Shown here: piece after piece, positions 55,584 to 64,000 of the stretch | Numbering within the stretch: the stretch's first letter is position 1 | Layout: every line of letters begins with the position of its first letter | From: Promethearchaeota archaeon | Lineage (GTDB): Archaea > Asgardarchaeota > Lokiarchaeia > Sigyniarchaeales > SOKP01 | DNA length: 64,000 nt | Direction of reading: 5' to 3' | Assembly (NCBI GenBank): GCA_048941385.1 | Contig: JBHLNR010000003.1 | Span: 333-64,332, forward strand | Program-made: the position numbers and the translations under genes | Notes under the pieces: model-generated | The model's database searches: none | The model's input: only the letters and a program-made list of their open reading frames with translations | Told to the model about the DNA's origin: nothing

Positions 55584-56432
55584 TTAGATTTTGTCGATTT
55601 CCTTTTTGATTTCCTCCCAAGTTGCCATCCTATTAATGACAGGTCTTCCATTTATTTTAATTCCTCTCGAGATTCCAAATTTCTTAATTATTGTGCGATT
55701 ATCAGTGTTAATAAATCTAATAACTATTTTAGGATAATTCAATAACTCCTTTTTTATTGTATTAATCATGTACGTAGACCAGGGGCATTGGCTATTAAAG
55801 AACACCTCTAATCTTATTTTATCTTTCTCTAAATATTGATCTCTCTTCGGTAAAATGAAATGCGGTTTTAGGTTTGATCCAAGATCGAGATAAAGTAGAA
55901 CACGAGTTCCATCTCTATCAACTTCTTTAAATCCATATTTTTGGAAAAAACTAGAGGGCATATATCTAATTGAAGTTTCAAACCACTTGTCACCCTCATA
56001 AGCAATTACTGCGCCCCCTCCTATTTTTTTAGCTTTATCTATAAAATTATTTATCAGAGATTCCCCCACACCAGTGTTCCAAAAAGGTGGTAGTATCCAT
56101 ATACAGTTAATAAATAATGAATACTTTCCTTCAATTGGCTCAAGTGCTGATTCAATTGGTATATATTCAAGCAGTCCCATTGGTACATTATTATGAACAG
56201 CTAACTCGGAGTGTATCATTTTTCCAACCCATTTATAATGAATCGTTTCATTCTTTGGTTTCTCTACTGCCACTAGGATTTCAAGGTTTTTTTCAGCCAT
56301 TTTCTTAATCCAATTAAGTCGTTTATCCATACCTTCTCCCATGAGAGCTCTAGTTTGTTTATCCACACTTGGATCAAGACAAGTATGACTAATATAGTCT
56401 AATTCCTTGTCATTGATTACATGTATTTTCAA
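55584..56432 (-). CDS. GNAT acetyltransferase fused to a YoaP-like / thioredoxin-fold C-terminal domain
   Basis: 282 aa. GNAT core with NTGVGESLINNFIDKAKK. The C-terminal ~80 aa contain CPWS and a glutaredoxin-like strand order. Confidence 0.6.
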   Translation of the reverse strand: MKIHVINDKELDYISHTCLDPSVDKQTRALMGEGMDKRLNWIKKMAEKNLEILVAVEKPKNETIHYKWVGKMIHSELAVHNNVPMGLLEYIPIESALEPIEGKYSLFINCIWILPPFWNTGVGESLINNFIDKAKKIGGGAVIAYEGDKWFETSIRYMPSSFFQKYGFKEVDRDGTRVLLYLDLGSNLKPHFILPKRDQYLEKDKIRLEVFFNSQCPWSTYMINTIKKELLNYPKIVIRFINTDNRTIIKKFGISRGIKINGRPVINRMATWEEIKKEIDKI

Positions 56433-56683
56433 GAAATTTACACCTATTACAAAAAAGTCATATCATATTCTTAATCTATTATACTTTAAAATAATATCCC
56501 TCATGCAATTTTTAATCTCTAAAAGTTTAGCTTATGTATATTATATTTAAAATTCGTTCTCATGTTGAGAATTTTTGTTAATAATCCAGATATTTAAATA
56601 AAAATTTTTATTTCTTCTATTAAAGAAACTTAAGAAAGGTTAGTAACGGCTTTCAGTTATCAAAACTTAAATCAGAGTTAAAA

Positions 56684-57088
56684 ATGTCTGACAACGAATT
56701 AGAAAAAATACGACAAAGAAAAGCAGAAATGTTGATGAAACTCCAAGCTATGCCCAAAGCTATAATAAACATAAAAAGTGAAGGGGAACTATATAAATTA
56801 TCTGAAGAATTTAATGGTAAGATTATTATCATTGATTTTTGGGCCGCCTGGTGTTCACCCTGTAAGATGTTTGCTCCAATTTTCGAAAGAGTTCAACAAG
56901 AATATTCTGGAGACTTCATATTTGCTAAAATCAATGTTGATGAAAATCCTATGGTGGCACAGCGGTATGGTATTGCATCTATACCTACAACTTTATTCAT
57001 TAAGGGCGGTCAACCTTTACGAAAAATAGTTGGAGCAGTAAACTATGCTACATTAAAGCAAATGCTAGATAAGTTAAGATCTGATTAA
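56684..57088 (+). CDS. trxA: Thioredoxin
   Basis: 134 aa. IIDFWAAWCSPCKMFAPIF active site (CSPC variant of CGPC) and IPTTLFIKGG. Confidence 0.85.
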   Translation: MSDNELEKIRQRKAEMLMKLQAMPKAIINIKSEGELYKLSEEFNGKIIIIDFWAAWCSPCKMFAPIFERVQQEYSGDFIFAKINVDENPMVAQRYGIASIPTTLFIKGGQPLRKIVGAVNYATLKQMLDKLRSD

Positions 57089-57132
57089 CTTTTTTTTAAT
57101 TTCCTGCTTAAATTTTATTTCAATTAATCTTT

Positions 57133-57360
57133 TCACCAAGCAAAATGGTTTAAGATTGCTTCATAAGGACAAGCACCTTGACAAGCTCCACATTGTATAC
57201 ATTCTGCGATATCATCAGCAGAAACTTTTCCATCAATGATATCATAAACTTGGGCAGGGCACACTTCTACGCATTCTCCAGATCCCGCACAGAGATCCCA
57301 ATCAACCTCAACCCAATTACCATTAGAACTCCATTTTTTAATAGTAGCCATAAACATCAA
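57133..57360 (-). CDS. 2x[4Fe-4S] ferredoxin
   Basis: CAGSGECVEVCP and CIQCGACQGACP motifs in about 72 aa. The start is probably one of the ATGs at 57360-57349. Confidence 0.8.
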   Translation of the reverse strand: MMFMATIKKWSSNGNWVEVDWDLCAGSGECVEVCPAQVYDIIDGKVSADDIAECIQCGACQGACPYEAILNHFAW

Positions 57361-57451
57361 TTCATTTTTAGAAGTCTATAACGATATTTTTAAAGAGTAA
57401 TTAACTTTAAAAAATAATTATTATATCCTATAATTTTTAAGAGGAATTATA

Positions 57452-58579
57452 ATGGAATTAACTAATCTATTTAGTTCTGGAAAAATTGGAAGTGTTCAGA
57501 TTAAAAATCGAATTGTTAGATCAGCAACGTTCTCTCACATGGCTGAGAAATACGGTTATATCGGAGAAAGAGTTTTAAAAATGAATAAAGATTTAGCACA
57601 AGGAGGTACGGGTTTAATTATAACAGAAGCGACTGCTGTTGATCCCGGTGGTGCAGGTGGACCGTATCAAGTATGTTTGTTTGAAGATTCTCATGTGTCA
57701 GGACATAAAAAATTAACTGCAGTGATACATGATTGCGATGATACCAAGGTTGCAATCCAGATTCAACATTCAGGTCGTTTGGGTTATCATCCAAAATATC
57801 CTACGGTTGCCCCTTCCCCTATTCCATATAAAGAAACTGGAATTACTCCTAAAGAATTAACTACTGAAGAAGTAAAAGAATATATAGATAAATTTGTGAG
57901 TGCAGGTTTAAGAGCTTATGAATGTGAGTATGATATGGTACAATTGCATGCAGCACACGGATATCTCTTAAACAATTTTATATCACCCTTTACAAATGTC
58001 AGAGCTGACGAATATGGTGGAACTACAGAGAATCGAACCAAGGTTTTAAAGGAAATACATGATAAAATTCGAGATGAGGTTGGAAAAAAATTTCCTATTA
58101 CGATAAAGTTCCAGTCTCAAGACTTCATACCCAATAGTATTTCTGAAACTGAAGGAATTAAAATTGCTAAAATTCTTTCAAATATTGGTTTTGATGCAAT
58201 TGAACCCAGTGGGGGACAAAGAGAATCCCTATATTATGCGAAAAATACACTTCCTAGTAGATTAGTGAAAAAAGTCGAAGATGAGAATTATTTCTTACCT
58301 TTTGCTAAAAGAGTAAAATCTTTTATGAAGAACACCGCACTAATACTCGTTGGTGGAATTCGTAATCCTTTAACTGCGGAAAAGATTCTTCAAAAAGGAG
58401 ATGCTGATTTTATCTCACTTTGTAGACCGTTAATTTATGAACCTGATCTTCCCAACCGTTGGAAGAGTGGTGATTTAACCCCAGCAAAGTGTATTAGTTG
58501 TAACTCTTGTTTTGCTATCATGGAGAAAGGCCCTGTATATTGTGTAACTAAACATAATCTACAAAAGAGGAATAAATAA
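57452..58579 (+). CDS. Old Yellow Enzyme family NADH:flavin oxidoreductase
   Basis: 375 aa. NRIVRSAT, TGLIITEA, QIQHSGR and LHAAHGYLLNNFISP motifs. C-terminal Cys-rich tail CISCNSCF...C. Confidence 0.85.
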   Translation: MELTNLFSSGKIGSVQIKNRIVRSATFSHMAEKYGYIGERVLKMNKDLAQGGTGLIITEATAVDPGGAGGPYQVCLFEDSHVSGHKKLTAVIHDCDDTKVAIQIQHSGRLGYHPKYPTVAPSPIPYKETGITPKELTTEEVKEYIDKFVSAGLRAYECEYDMVQLHAAHGYLLNNFISPFTNVRADEYGGTTENRTKVLKEIHDKIRDEVGKKFPITIKFQSQDFIPNSISETEGIKIAKILSNIGFDAIEPSGGQRESLYYAKNTLPSRLVKKVEDENYFLPFAKRVKSFMKNTALILVGGIRNPLTAEKILQKGDADFISLCRPLIYEPDLPNRWKSGDLTPAKCISCNSCFAIMEKGPVYCVTKHNLQKRNK

Positions 58580-58623
58580 AATATAATTATGAAAAAATCT
58601 GAATCAATATAAGGTTATTAATA

Positions 58624-59535
58624 GTGGAAAAAAGTGCTTATTCAGACCATCTCTTTCAATTTCGGACTGTAGAGCGAAAAAAATTAGTTATATCTCTTAC
58701 AATTACCCTAAGTGTTATGGTTGTAGAAATTATTGGAGGTTTTATTACGAATAGCATAGCCCTTCTTAGTGATGCAGGTCATATGTTTACACATGCTTTT
58801 GCGATTGGTATTAGCTTATTAGCAATATTCATTGCAAGGAAACCCCCTTGTCATCATAAAACTTTTGGTTTGTATCGGGCAGAAGTTCTTGCAGCGTTTA
58901 TCAATGGTCTTTTTCTTTTCCCAATTGTTGGAGTGATAGTATTTGAGTCAATTGTCAGGTTTTTAAATCCCCAAGAGGTTGTTGGGTTTTATATGTTAAT
59001 AGTTGCGTTTATTGGATTAGCTGTTAATATTACGAGCATTTTGATACTTCAAGGTAGTCAAAACACTAGTTTAAACGTAAAAAGCGTATTTTATCATATG
59101 ATTGCTGATGCCGCGTCATCAATTGGAATTGTGATTGCTGCCTTCATCATAATGTCTACTGGATTTGTGATTCTTGATCCGATTGTAAGTTTAGGGATAT
59201 CTATGGTTATAATTTATTGGGCGTACGGAATATTAAAAGAGTCCACCCGCATATTACTGGAAATGGCACCGAAGGGAATGGATATTGATACTATTACAGA
59301 AGATTTAAAAGCCAACTTTCCAGAAATAAATGAAATCTATGATGTACATTTGTGGACTATTATTCCCGATATGCTCATTTATTCCGCGCATGTAAAAATA
59401 AACAATGAGTTGATTACAGTCGAACAAGAAGATTTTATAATGAAATTAAATAAATATTTGACACAAAAATATAAAATTATTGAATCAACTATCCAAATTA
59501 TGCCTGAAGATGCTTTAGAAGCTTGTAATCTTTAA
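58624..59535 (+). CDS. Cation diffusion facilitator (CzcD/ZitB-like) metal efflux protein
   Basis: 303 aa with six TM helices. LLSDAGHMFTH and HMIADAASSIGV metal-site motifs. C-terminal cytoplasmic domain with HLWT. GTG start. Confidence 0.85.
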   Translation: MEKSAYSDHLFQFRTVERKKLVISLTITLSVMVVEIIGGFITNSIALLSDAGHMFTHAFAIGISLLAIFIARKPPCHHKTFGLYRAEVLAAFINGLFLFPIVGVIVFESIVRFLNPQEVVGFYMLIVAFIGLAVNITSILILQGSQNTSLNVKSVFYHMIADAASSIGIVIAAFIIMSTGFVILDPIVSLGISMVIIYWAYGILKESTRILLEMAPKGMDIDTITEDLKANFPEINEIYDVHLWTIIPDMLIYSAHVKINNELITVEQEDFIMKLNKYLTQKYKIIESTIQIMPEDALEACNL

Positions 59536-59619
59536 AATTCTTGTATTTAAAATTATAAAATAAACATTTAAATAATATATCAACAAGAGATTATTAATAA
59601 AAATTCTATTCAGAGAAGG

Positions 59620-60063
59620 ATGAAAATGTCACCAGAAAATAAGATTGATCCATTTGCTGTCTTAATATTAGTATTAAGTATTCTTGGTCTAATTTTCATA
59701 ATACCTTTTGATTTTGCTGCTTTCTATCATACTGGTGTCAGTGAGAATAGGTATTCTTGTTTATCTTGTGAATATGCCACTGTAGGGGACCTAATTGCTC
59801 AAGTTTTCATGATAATTTTATTAATCATCCAAGTAGTGATCGCTCTAAATGAATTACTTCCGAATAGATTTATCAACATGGATTTAGATAAATATGGTTT
59901 AGGTTTAGCTGCTTTAACAATGCTCTTTGCGATTATAGGAATTGCCTCTTTTGGCGCGGCATACAGTGAATATGATTGGTGGCCTTTGGAAGGATTCTAT
60001 GGTGGAATTGTCGCTGGACTGCTTAATACTATATTATTTTACTTAAAATATAGAAATAAATAA
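59620..60063 (+). CDS. Hypothetical integral membrane protein
   Basis: 147 aa with four hydrophobic helices. Confidence 0.5.
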   Translation: MKMSPENKIDPFAVLILVLSILGLIFIIPFDFAAFYHTGVSENRYSCLSCEYATVGDLIAQVFMIILLIIQVVIALNELLPNRFINMDLDKYGLGLAALTMLFAIIGIASFGAAYSEYDWWPLEGFYGGIVAGLLNTILFYLKYRNK

Positions 60064-60154
60064 CTCTAACTCTTTTTTTTATTTTATTTCTTATATTAAA
60101 CAAACGTTGATATTTATCTTAGTTTAAAAAATAAAAAAAAAATACAATTAAAGA

Positions 60155-61849
60155 TTATTCCTCTTTGAAGGCTTGTTCTCTTAATTTTCTCCTAAAGACT
60201 TTACCGACAGCTGTACGTGGCAAAACGTTTAAGAATTCAACATTTCGAGGATACTTGTATCCTGCCATTTTATCTTTTGCCCAATCTATTATATCCTGTT
60301 CTGTAATTTTGTCCTTATATTCTGGTTTCAAAACAATATAAGCTTTTATTGTTTCACCAATATTTGGATCTGGTGCGGGAACAACCCCTACTTCTAATAC
60401 AGCTGGATGTTCATAAAGTTTATCTTCTACCTCTCGGGGCATTACTTTATATCCTTTATATTTTATCATATCTTTTGTTCGTCCTTCAATATAAAAATAC
60501 CCATCTTCATCCATTCTCGCAAGATCACCCGTTCTTAACCATCCGTTTACAATTGCTTCTTCTGTTGCCTTAGGATTTTTCCAGTATCCTTTCATTATTT
60601 GGGGACCTCTAATGAGCAATTCACCTATTTCCCCTATTGGGAGCTCCTCTAGTGTATCAGGATTTACAATAATAGAGTCAGTCTCGATAATTGGTACGCC
60701 TATACTCTCCGGTTTTATCTCTGGCATCCAGTCGGTAGCGGTATGTGTTATTGGTGATGCCTCTGTAAGTCCAAATCCTTGTCCGGGTTTTACTCCTGTC
60801 ACCGCTTCCCATTTTCTAGAAATTTCTAGAGGTAGTGCCGCTGATCCCCCTCCAGCAGTTTCAAGACTAGATAAATCTCGTTCGGTGAAATCAGGGTGAT
60901 TAACAATCATTTGGAACATAACAGGAACACCAACAAATCCTCTGACTTTATAATACTCAATAGCTTCTAGAATCTCACCCGGATTAAATGATTCGAACAT
61001 AACCAACATTGCTGCAATGTGCATACTAATAATAACAACTGTAAAACCAAAAGAATGACACATGGGGAGAACAGATAAACTCACTCCAACACCATAAAAA
61101 GGTTCCTCATCCTCTTCTGGTTCACCTCTCATTAAAGCTGCACATAGCACATCTGAAATAAAATTATTATGTGTTAACATTACTCCTTTGGGTAATCCTG
61201 TTGTACCACCTGTATACAGTAATGCTGCAAGGTCATTTACAGGATCAATATCCACATCTGGAGCTTTGGGTGGTTTATCCTCAATGAATTCTGTTAAAGT
61301 AATTGTTCCTTCCTTAGCTTCTTCAGTACCAATTAAAATTACATTTTTTAGTTCTACTAGCTTTCTAACTCGTTTTATTGTTCGATATTGATTCTTATGG
61401 ATAAAAATAGTATTAATATTTCCAGCATCTCGTACAATATGAGCTACATCTCCTTCCTTAAGAAGAGAATTGATAGGGACAACGGCAGCGCCTGTTTCCA
61501 TGATACCTAAAAGACAAAATAGGAATTCTGGACAATTACTTGACATTACTCCCACCGCATCACCTGTTGTAATACCTTCACTATATAATGCGTTAGCTAT
61601 TTTATCAGCTGTATAAAACAATTCTCTATATGTATACTTTTTATCTGTAGGTTTATAGTAAACACATACATTATTAAGATATTTTTCCGCTCCTTTTTTT
61701 ATAAATTCATGGACGGGTATCGGTTCGAATTTTATAGATTTTGGCACATTTTCAGGTCTGTATTTAAGCCAGGGTCGATTTGGATTTTGAAGGTAAGGTG
61801 ATTCGTTTTCATAATCATATATAGGTTCCCAATCTGAATAATCTTTCAT
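60155..61849 (-). CDS. AMP-dependent acyl-CoA synthetase / long-chain fatty acid-CoA ligase
   Basis: 564 aa. AMP-binding motif LLYTGGTTGLPKGVMLTH, plus GFGLTE, TGDLARMDEDGYFYIEGRTKD and GKV-RR. Confidence 0.9.
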   Translation of the reverse strand: MKDYSDWEPIYDYENESPYLQNPNRPWLKYRPENVPKSIKFEPIPVHEFIKKGAEKYLNNVCVYYKPTDKKYTYRELFYTADKIANALYSEGITTGDAVGVMSSNCPEFLFCLLGIMETGAAVVPINSLLKEGDVAHIVRDAGNINTIFIHKNQYRTIKRVRKLVELKNVILIGTEEAKEGTITLTEFIEDKPPKAPDVDIDPVNDLAALLYTGGTTGLPKGVMLTHNNFISDVLCAALMRGEPEEDEEPFYGVGVSLSVLPMCHSFGFTVVIISMHIAAMLVMFESFNPGEILEAIEYYKVRGFVGVPVMFQMIVNHPDFTERDLSSLETAGGGSAALPLEISRKWEAVTGVKPGQGFGLTEASPITHTATDWMPEIKPESIGVPIIETDSIIVNPDTLEELPIGEIGELLIRGPQIMKGYWKNPKATEEAIVNGWLRTGDLARMDEDGYFYIEGRTKDMIKYKGYKVMPREVEDKLYEHPAVLEVGVVPAPDPNIGETIKAYIVLKPEYKDKITEQDIIDWAKDKMAGYKYPRNVEFLNVLPRTAVGKVFRRKLREQAFKEE

Positions 61850-62052
61850 ACTATTTGCACCACTTCTTCCTCTTAGTTTCTTATTTGAGATTTTATTATA
61901 TAAAAAATTAATTCAATTTAGATATAAGAATTTTAATCTAAAAGTATAAAAGTTTTTTCATACGGATTTGGAAAATTTTATAAATACCATTTAAACTTTT
62001 TATGTTTGAGAAAATTACTCTTATATTAATATCATTAAGAGAAGGGATATGA

Positions 62053-62916
62053 ATGAAAGAATTCAAAAGCAAAGTAGCAGTAATCACAGGAGCTGGAAGT
62101 GGCATTGGTTTAGCATTAGCTGAACGTTGTGCAAAGGAAGGCATGAAAGTGGTGTTAGCAGATATTGATGAAAAATTCCTAAGAAGGGCTATGAGGAGGA
62201 TGAGAAGACTTAAAGCAGAGGCTATCTCAGTCTTGACTGACGTTTCACAGGTTAGTAATATTGAAGAGTTAGCAAAAAGGACACTTGAAACTTTCAGCGC
62301 AGTACACTTACTGATAAATAATGCTGGAATTGGAAATACCAAATATACATGGAATTACACATTAAAAGATTGGGAGTATCAATTGGGTGTGAATCTTTGG
62401 GGAGTAATTCATGGTGTGAGAATATTTACTCCAATTATGTTAAAACAAGATGAAGAATGCCATATTGTTAATGTTTCATCAATGGAAGGTTTGTTCTCTG
62501 GCTCAGGTCCGGGAGGTGCTATTTATGGGGTATCTAAACATGGAGTAATCTCTCTAAGTGAAACTTTAAGAACTGATTTAGATATGAAAAGAAGTAAAAT
62601 TAAGGTTTCAGTTGTTTGTCCAGGGTTTGTGAATACCAGAATTTTGTTCGGTGACACTCATCGCCCAGAAGAGTACCAGAATCTCCCAAGTGAGCAAATT
62701 GAGGATACAAGAGGAGAAGATTACATTTCTAAATTAGGAGTAAATGTAGAAGATGCATTAGAACAAACCAAGATAATATCACCTGAAGAAGCTGCACAAA
62801 AAATTTTTCAAGCTGTTAAACAGGATAAGTTTTACATCCTAACACACAAAGATGACCTTATGAAGAGGCTAGTAAAGGAAAGATTTGATGAGATTCTCGA
62901 GGAGTTTGAACATTAG
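62053..62916 (+). CDS. Short-chain dehydrogenase/reductase (SDR)
   Basis: VAVITGAGSGIGLALA cofactor motif, NNAG, and catalytic YGVSKHG. Confidence 0.85.
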   Translation: MKEFKSKVAVITGAGSGIGLALAERCAKEGMKVVLADIDEKFLRRAMRRMRRLKAEAISVLTDVSQVSNIEELAKRTLETFSAVHLLINNAGIGNTKYTWNYTLKDWEYQLGVNLWGVIHGVRIFTPIMLKQDEECHIVNVSSMEGLFSGSGPGGAIYGVSKHGVISLSETLRTDLDMKRSKIKVSVVCPGFVNTRILFGDTHRPEEYQNLPSEQIEDTRGEDYISKLGVNVEDALEQTKIISPEEAAQKIFQAVKQDKFYILTHKDDLMKRLVKERFDEILEEFEH

Positions 62917-63936
62917 CTATGGTTTTATTAACACTTTAACAGATTCATTGGTATCACATTGAGTCTCAAAAGCTTCTTTAGCTTTATCCAAGGGAAACTC
63001 ATGCGATATAATTTTTGAACGATCTAATTGTTTATTTTCAAGAAATTTTATACTTTTTTTCATTTCTAAAGGAGTAAATCCATATGATCCCTTAACTGTT
63101 ATTTCTTTACCAACCATAAAGAGTAAATCTAAATTTACACTTTCTTCGAATATCCCGTGGACTACAACTGTACCTGTATATTGTCGAGCTAGAAGTATTG
63201 CTTGTTGGAGAACTAAAGGAGCTTTTTGCTGTTTTATATAGCCTACACAGTCATAGACAATATCAACTTTAGGTATTGGGAATAATCCTTGTAGCAATTG
63301 GGGAGTGGGGCCAACGGTTTTAAAAATTTTTTGAAAAGCATTTTCTCTCTTAGCATTAATAATTACATCAGCACCCAACTTTTTAGCAACACTTAAACGA
63401 TTATCTGATAAATCTACTACAATAATATTATTCGGGGTAATATCGAGTATTTTTAAGCATTGGATTATACCCAGTCCTATTGCACCAGCCCCGTAAATTA
63501 CAATATTTGCCCCATTAAAGGGTTTACCCTTCATCATCGCATGATAAGAATTGGCTAATGGTTCAAGTGTCGCAGCTTCCTCATAAGTAACATTGGAAGG
63601 TAATTTATAAACATTGAGACCATAGGTAATAGGAACAGGAACATATTCAGCCATACCGCCAAAAGAAAGCGAAACAACTCTATCACCTACTCTATATCTT
63701 TTAATGTTCTTACCAACTTCTACAACTTCACCACTATATTCATGACCAGGGATTCCACCTTTTTTCAATGGTCTTACAAGAGTTTGGGTGAACAAATTCA
63801 GTTTATACATATGTAAATCTGAGCCACAAATCCCACAAGCTTTGACATTTATAAGAATTTCATTATCTTGAATTTTAGGTTTTTCTACTTCTTCTGTTCT
63901 AATATCTCGAGGGCCATAAAAGACTGCAGCTTTCAT
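62917..63936 (-). CDS. Zinc-dependent medium-chain alcohol/polyol dehydrogenase
   Basis: GICGSDLH, GHEYSGEVVEVG and GAGAIGLG motifs. Confidence 0.85.
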   Translation of the reverse strand: MKAAVFYGPRDIRTEEVEKPKIQDNEILINVKACGICGSDLHMYKLNLFTQTLVRPLKKGGIPGHEYSGEVVEVGKNIKRYRVGDRVVSLSFGGMAEYVPVPITYGLNVYKLPSNVTYEEAATLEPLANSYHAMMKGKPFNGANIVIYGAGAIGLGIIQCLKILDITPNNIIVVDLSDNRLSVAKKLGADVIINAKRENAFQKIFKTVGPTPQLLQGLFPIPKVDIVYDCVGYIKQQKAPLVLQQAILLARQYTGTVVVHGIFEESVNLDLLFMVGKEITVKGSYGFTPLEMKKSIKFLENKQLDRSKIISHEFPLDKAKEAFETQCDTNESVKVLIKP

Positions 63937-64000
63937 TTATATACACATTATTTTAGAAAGAAAGATATTTAGATTCATTTTGTTTCAATAAATATATATA

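Noticed and set aside
1-64000. CRISPR arrays, IS elements, integrases, prophage, toxin-antitoxin or classical defence islands
   Set aside because: I found no regularly spaced direct repeats, no transposase, integrase or recombinase motifs, and no restriction-modification, Cas, Argonaute or abortive-infection signatures in any listed ORF. The only repeat structure is the lpd-end triplication reported above.

Overview
AT-rich archaeal chromosomal segment (GC looks about 30% by eye). It is densely coding: about 60 protein genes, one intron-containing tRNA, and no rRNA, CRISPR array, transposase, integrase or prophage genes that I can see. Housekeeping and fermentative metabolism dominates. This includes a peptide ABC importer, two tungsten-type aldehyde:ferredoxin oxidoreductases (one paired with an Fe-alcohol dehydrogenase, one with two MoaD/ThiS-like beta-grasp genes) and the ADP-forming acetyl-CoA synthetase alpha subunit. 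It also includes an acyl-CoA ligase, OYE, SDR and Zn-ADH oxidoreductases, thiC/thiD, lipoamide dehydrogenase and glycerate kinase. Between these lies an unusual density of eukaryote-like signalling and trafficking genes. There are three small GTPases fused to Roadblock- or longin-type domains, two stand-alone longin/roadblock-fold proteins and a canonical RING-H2 finger fused to TPRs. There are also an OST3/OST6-like membrane protein, a CX5R dual-specificity phosphatase, an LSm protein, an archaeal histone, and a cytoplasmic 7-bladed FG-GAP-type propeller with two winged helices. By inference this points to an Asgard (Lokiarchaeia-like) genome. The most noteworthy loci are: (1) the adjacent Roadblock-GTPase paralog pair next to the RING-H2/TPR gene; (2) the longin-like / propeller-WH / multi-beta-sandwich cluster at 7.8-12.2 kb; (3) a degenerate triplication of the lpd 3' end and downstream region bracketing a small radical-SAM gene; (4) four back-to-back GNAT paralogs downstream of the histone gene; (5) a tRNA-Arg(CCU) with a roughly 30-nt insert outside the canonical intron position. 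All functional calls rest on motif recognition by eye. No database search was possible.
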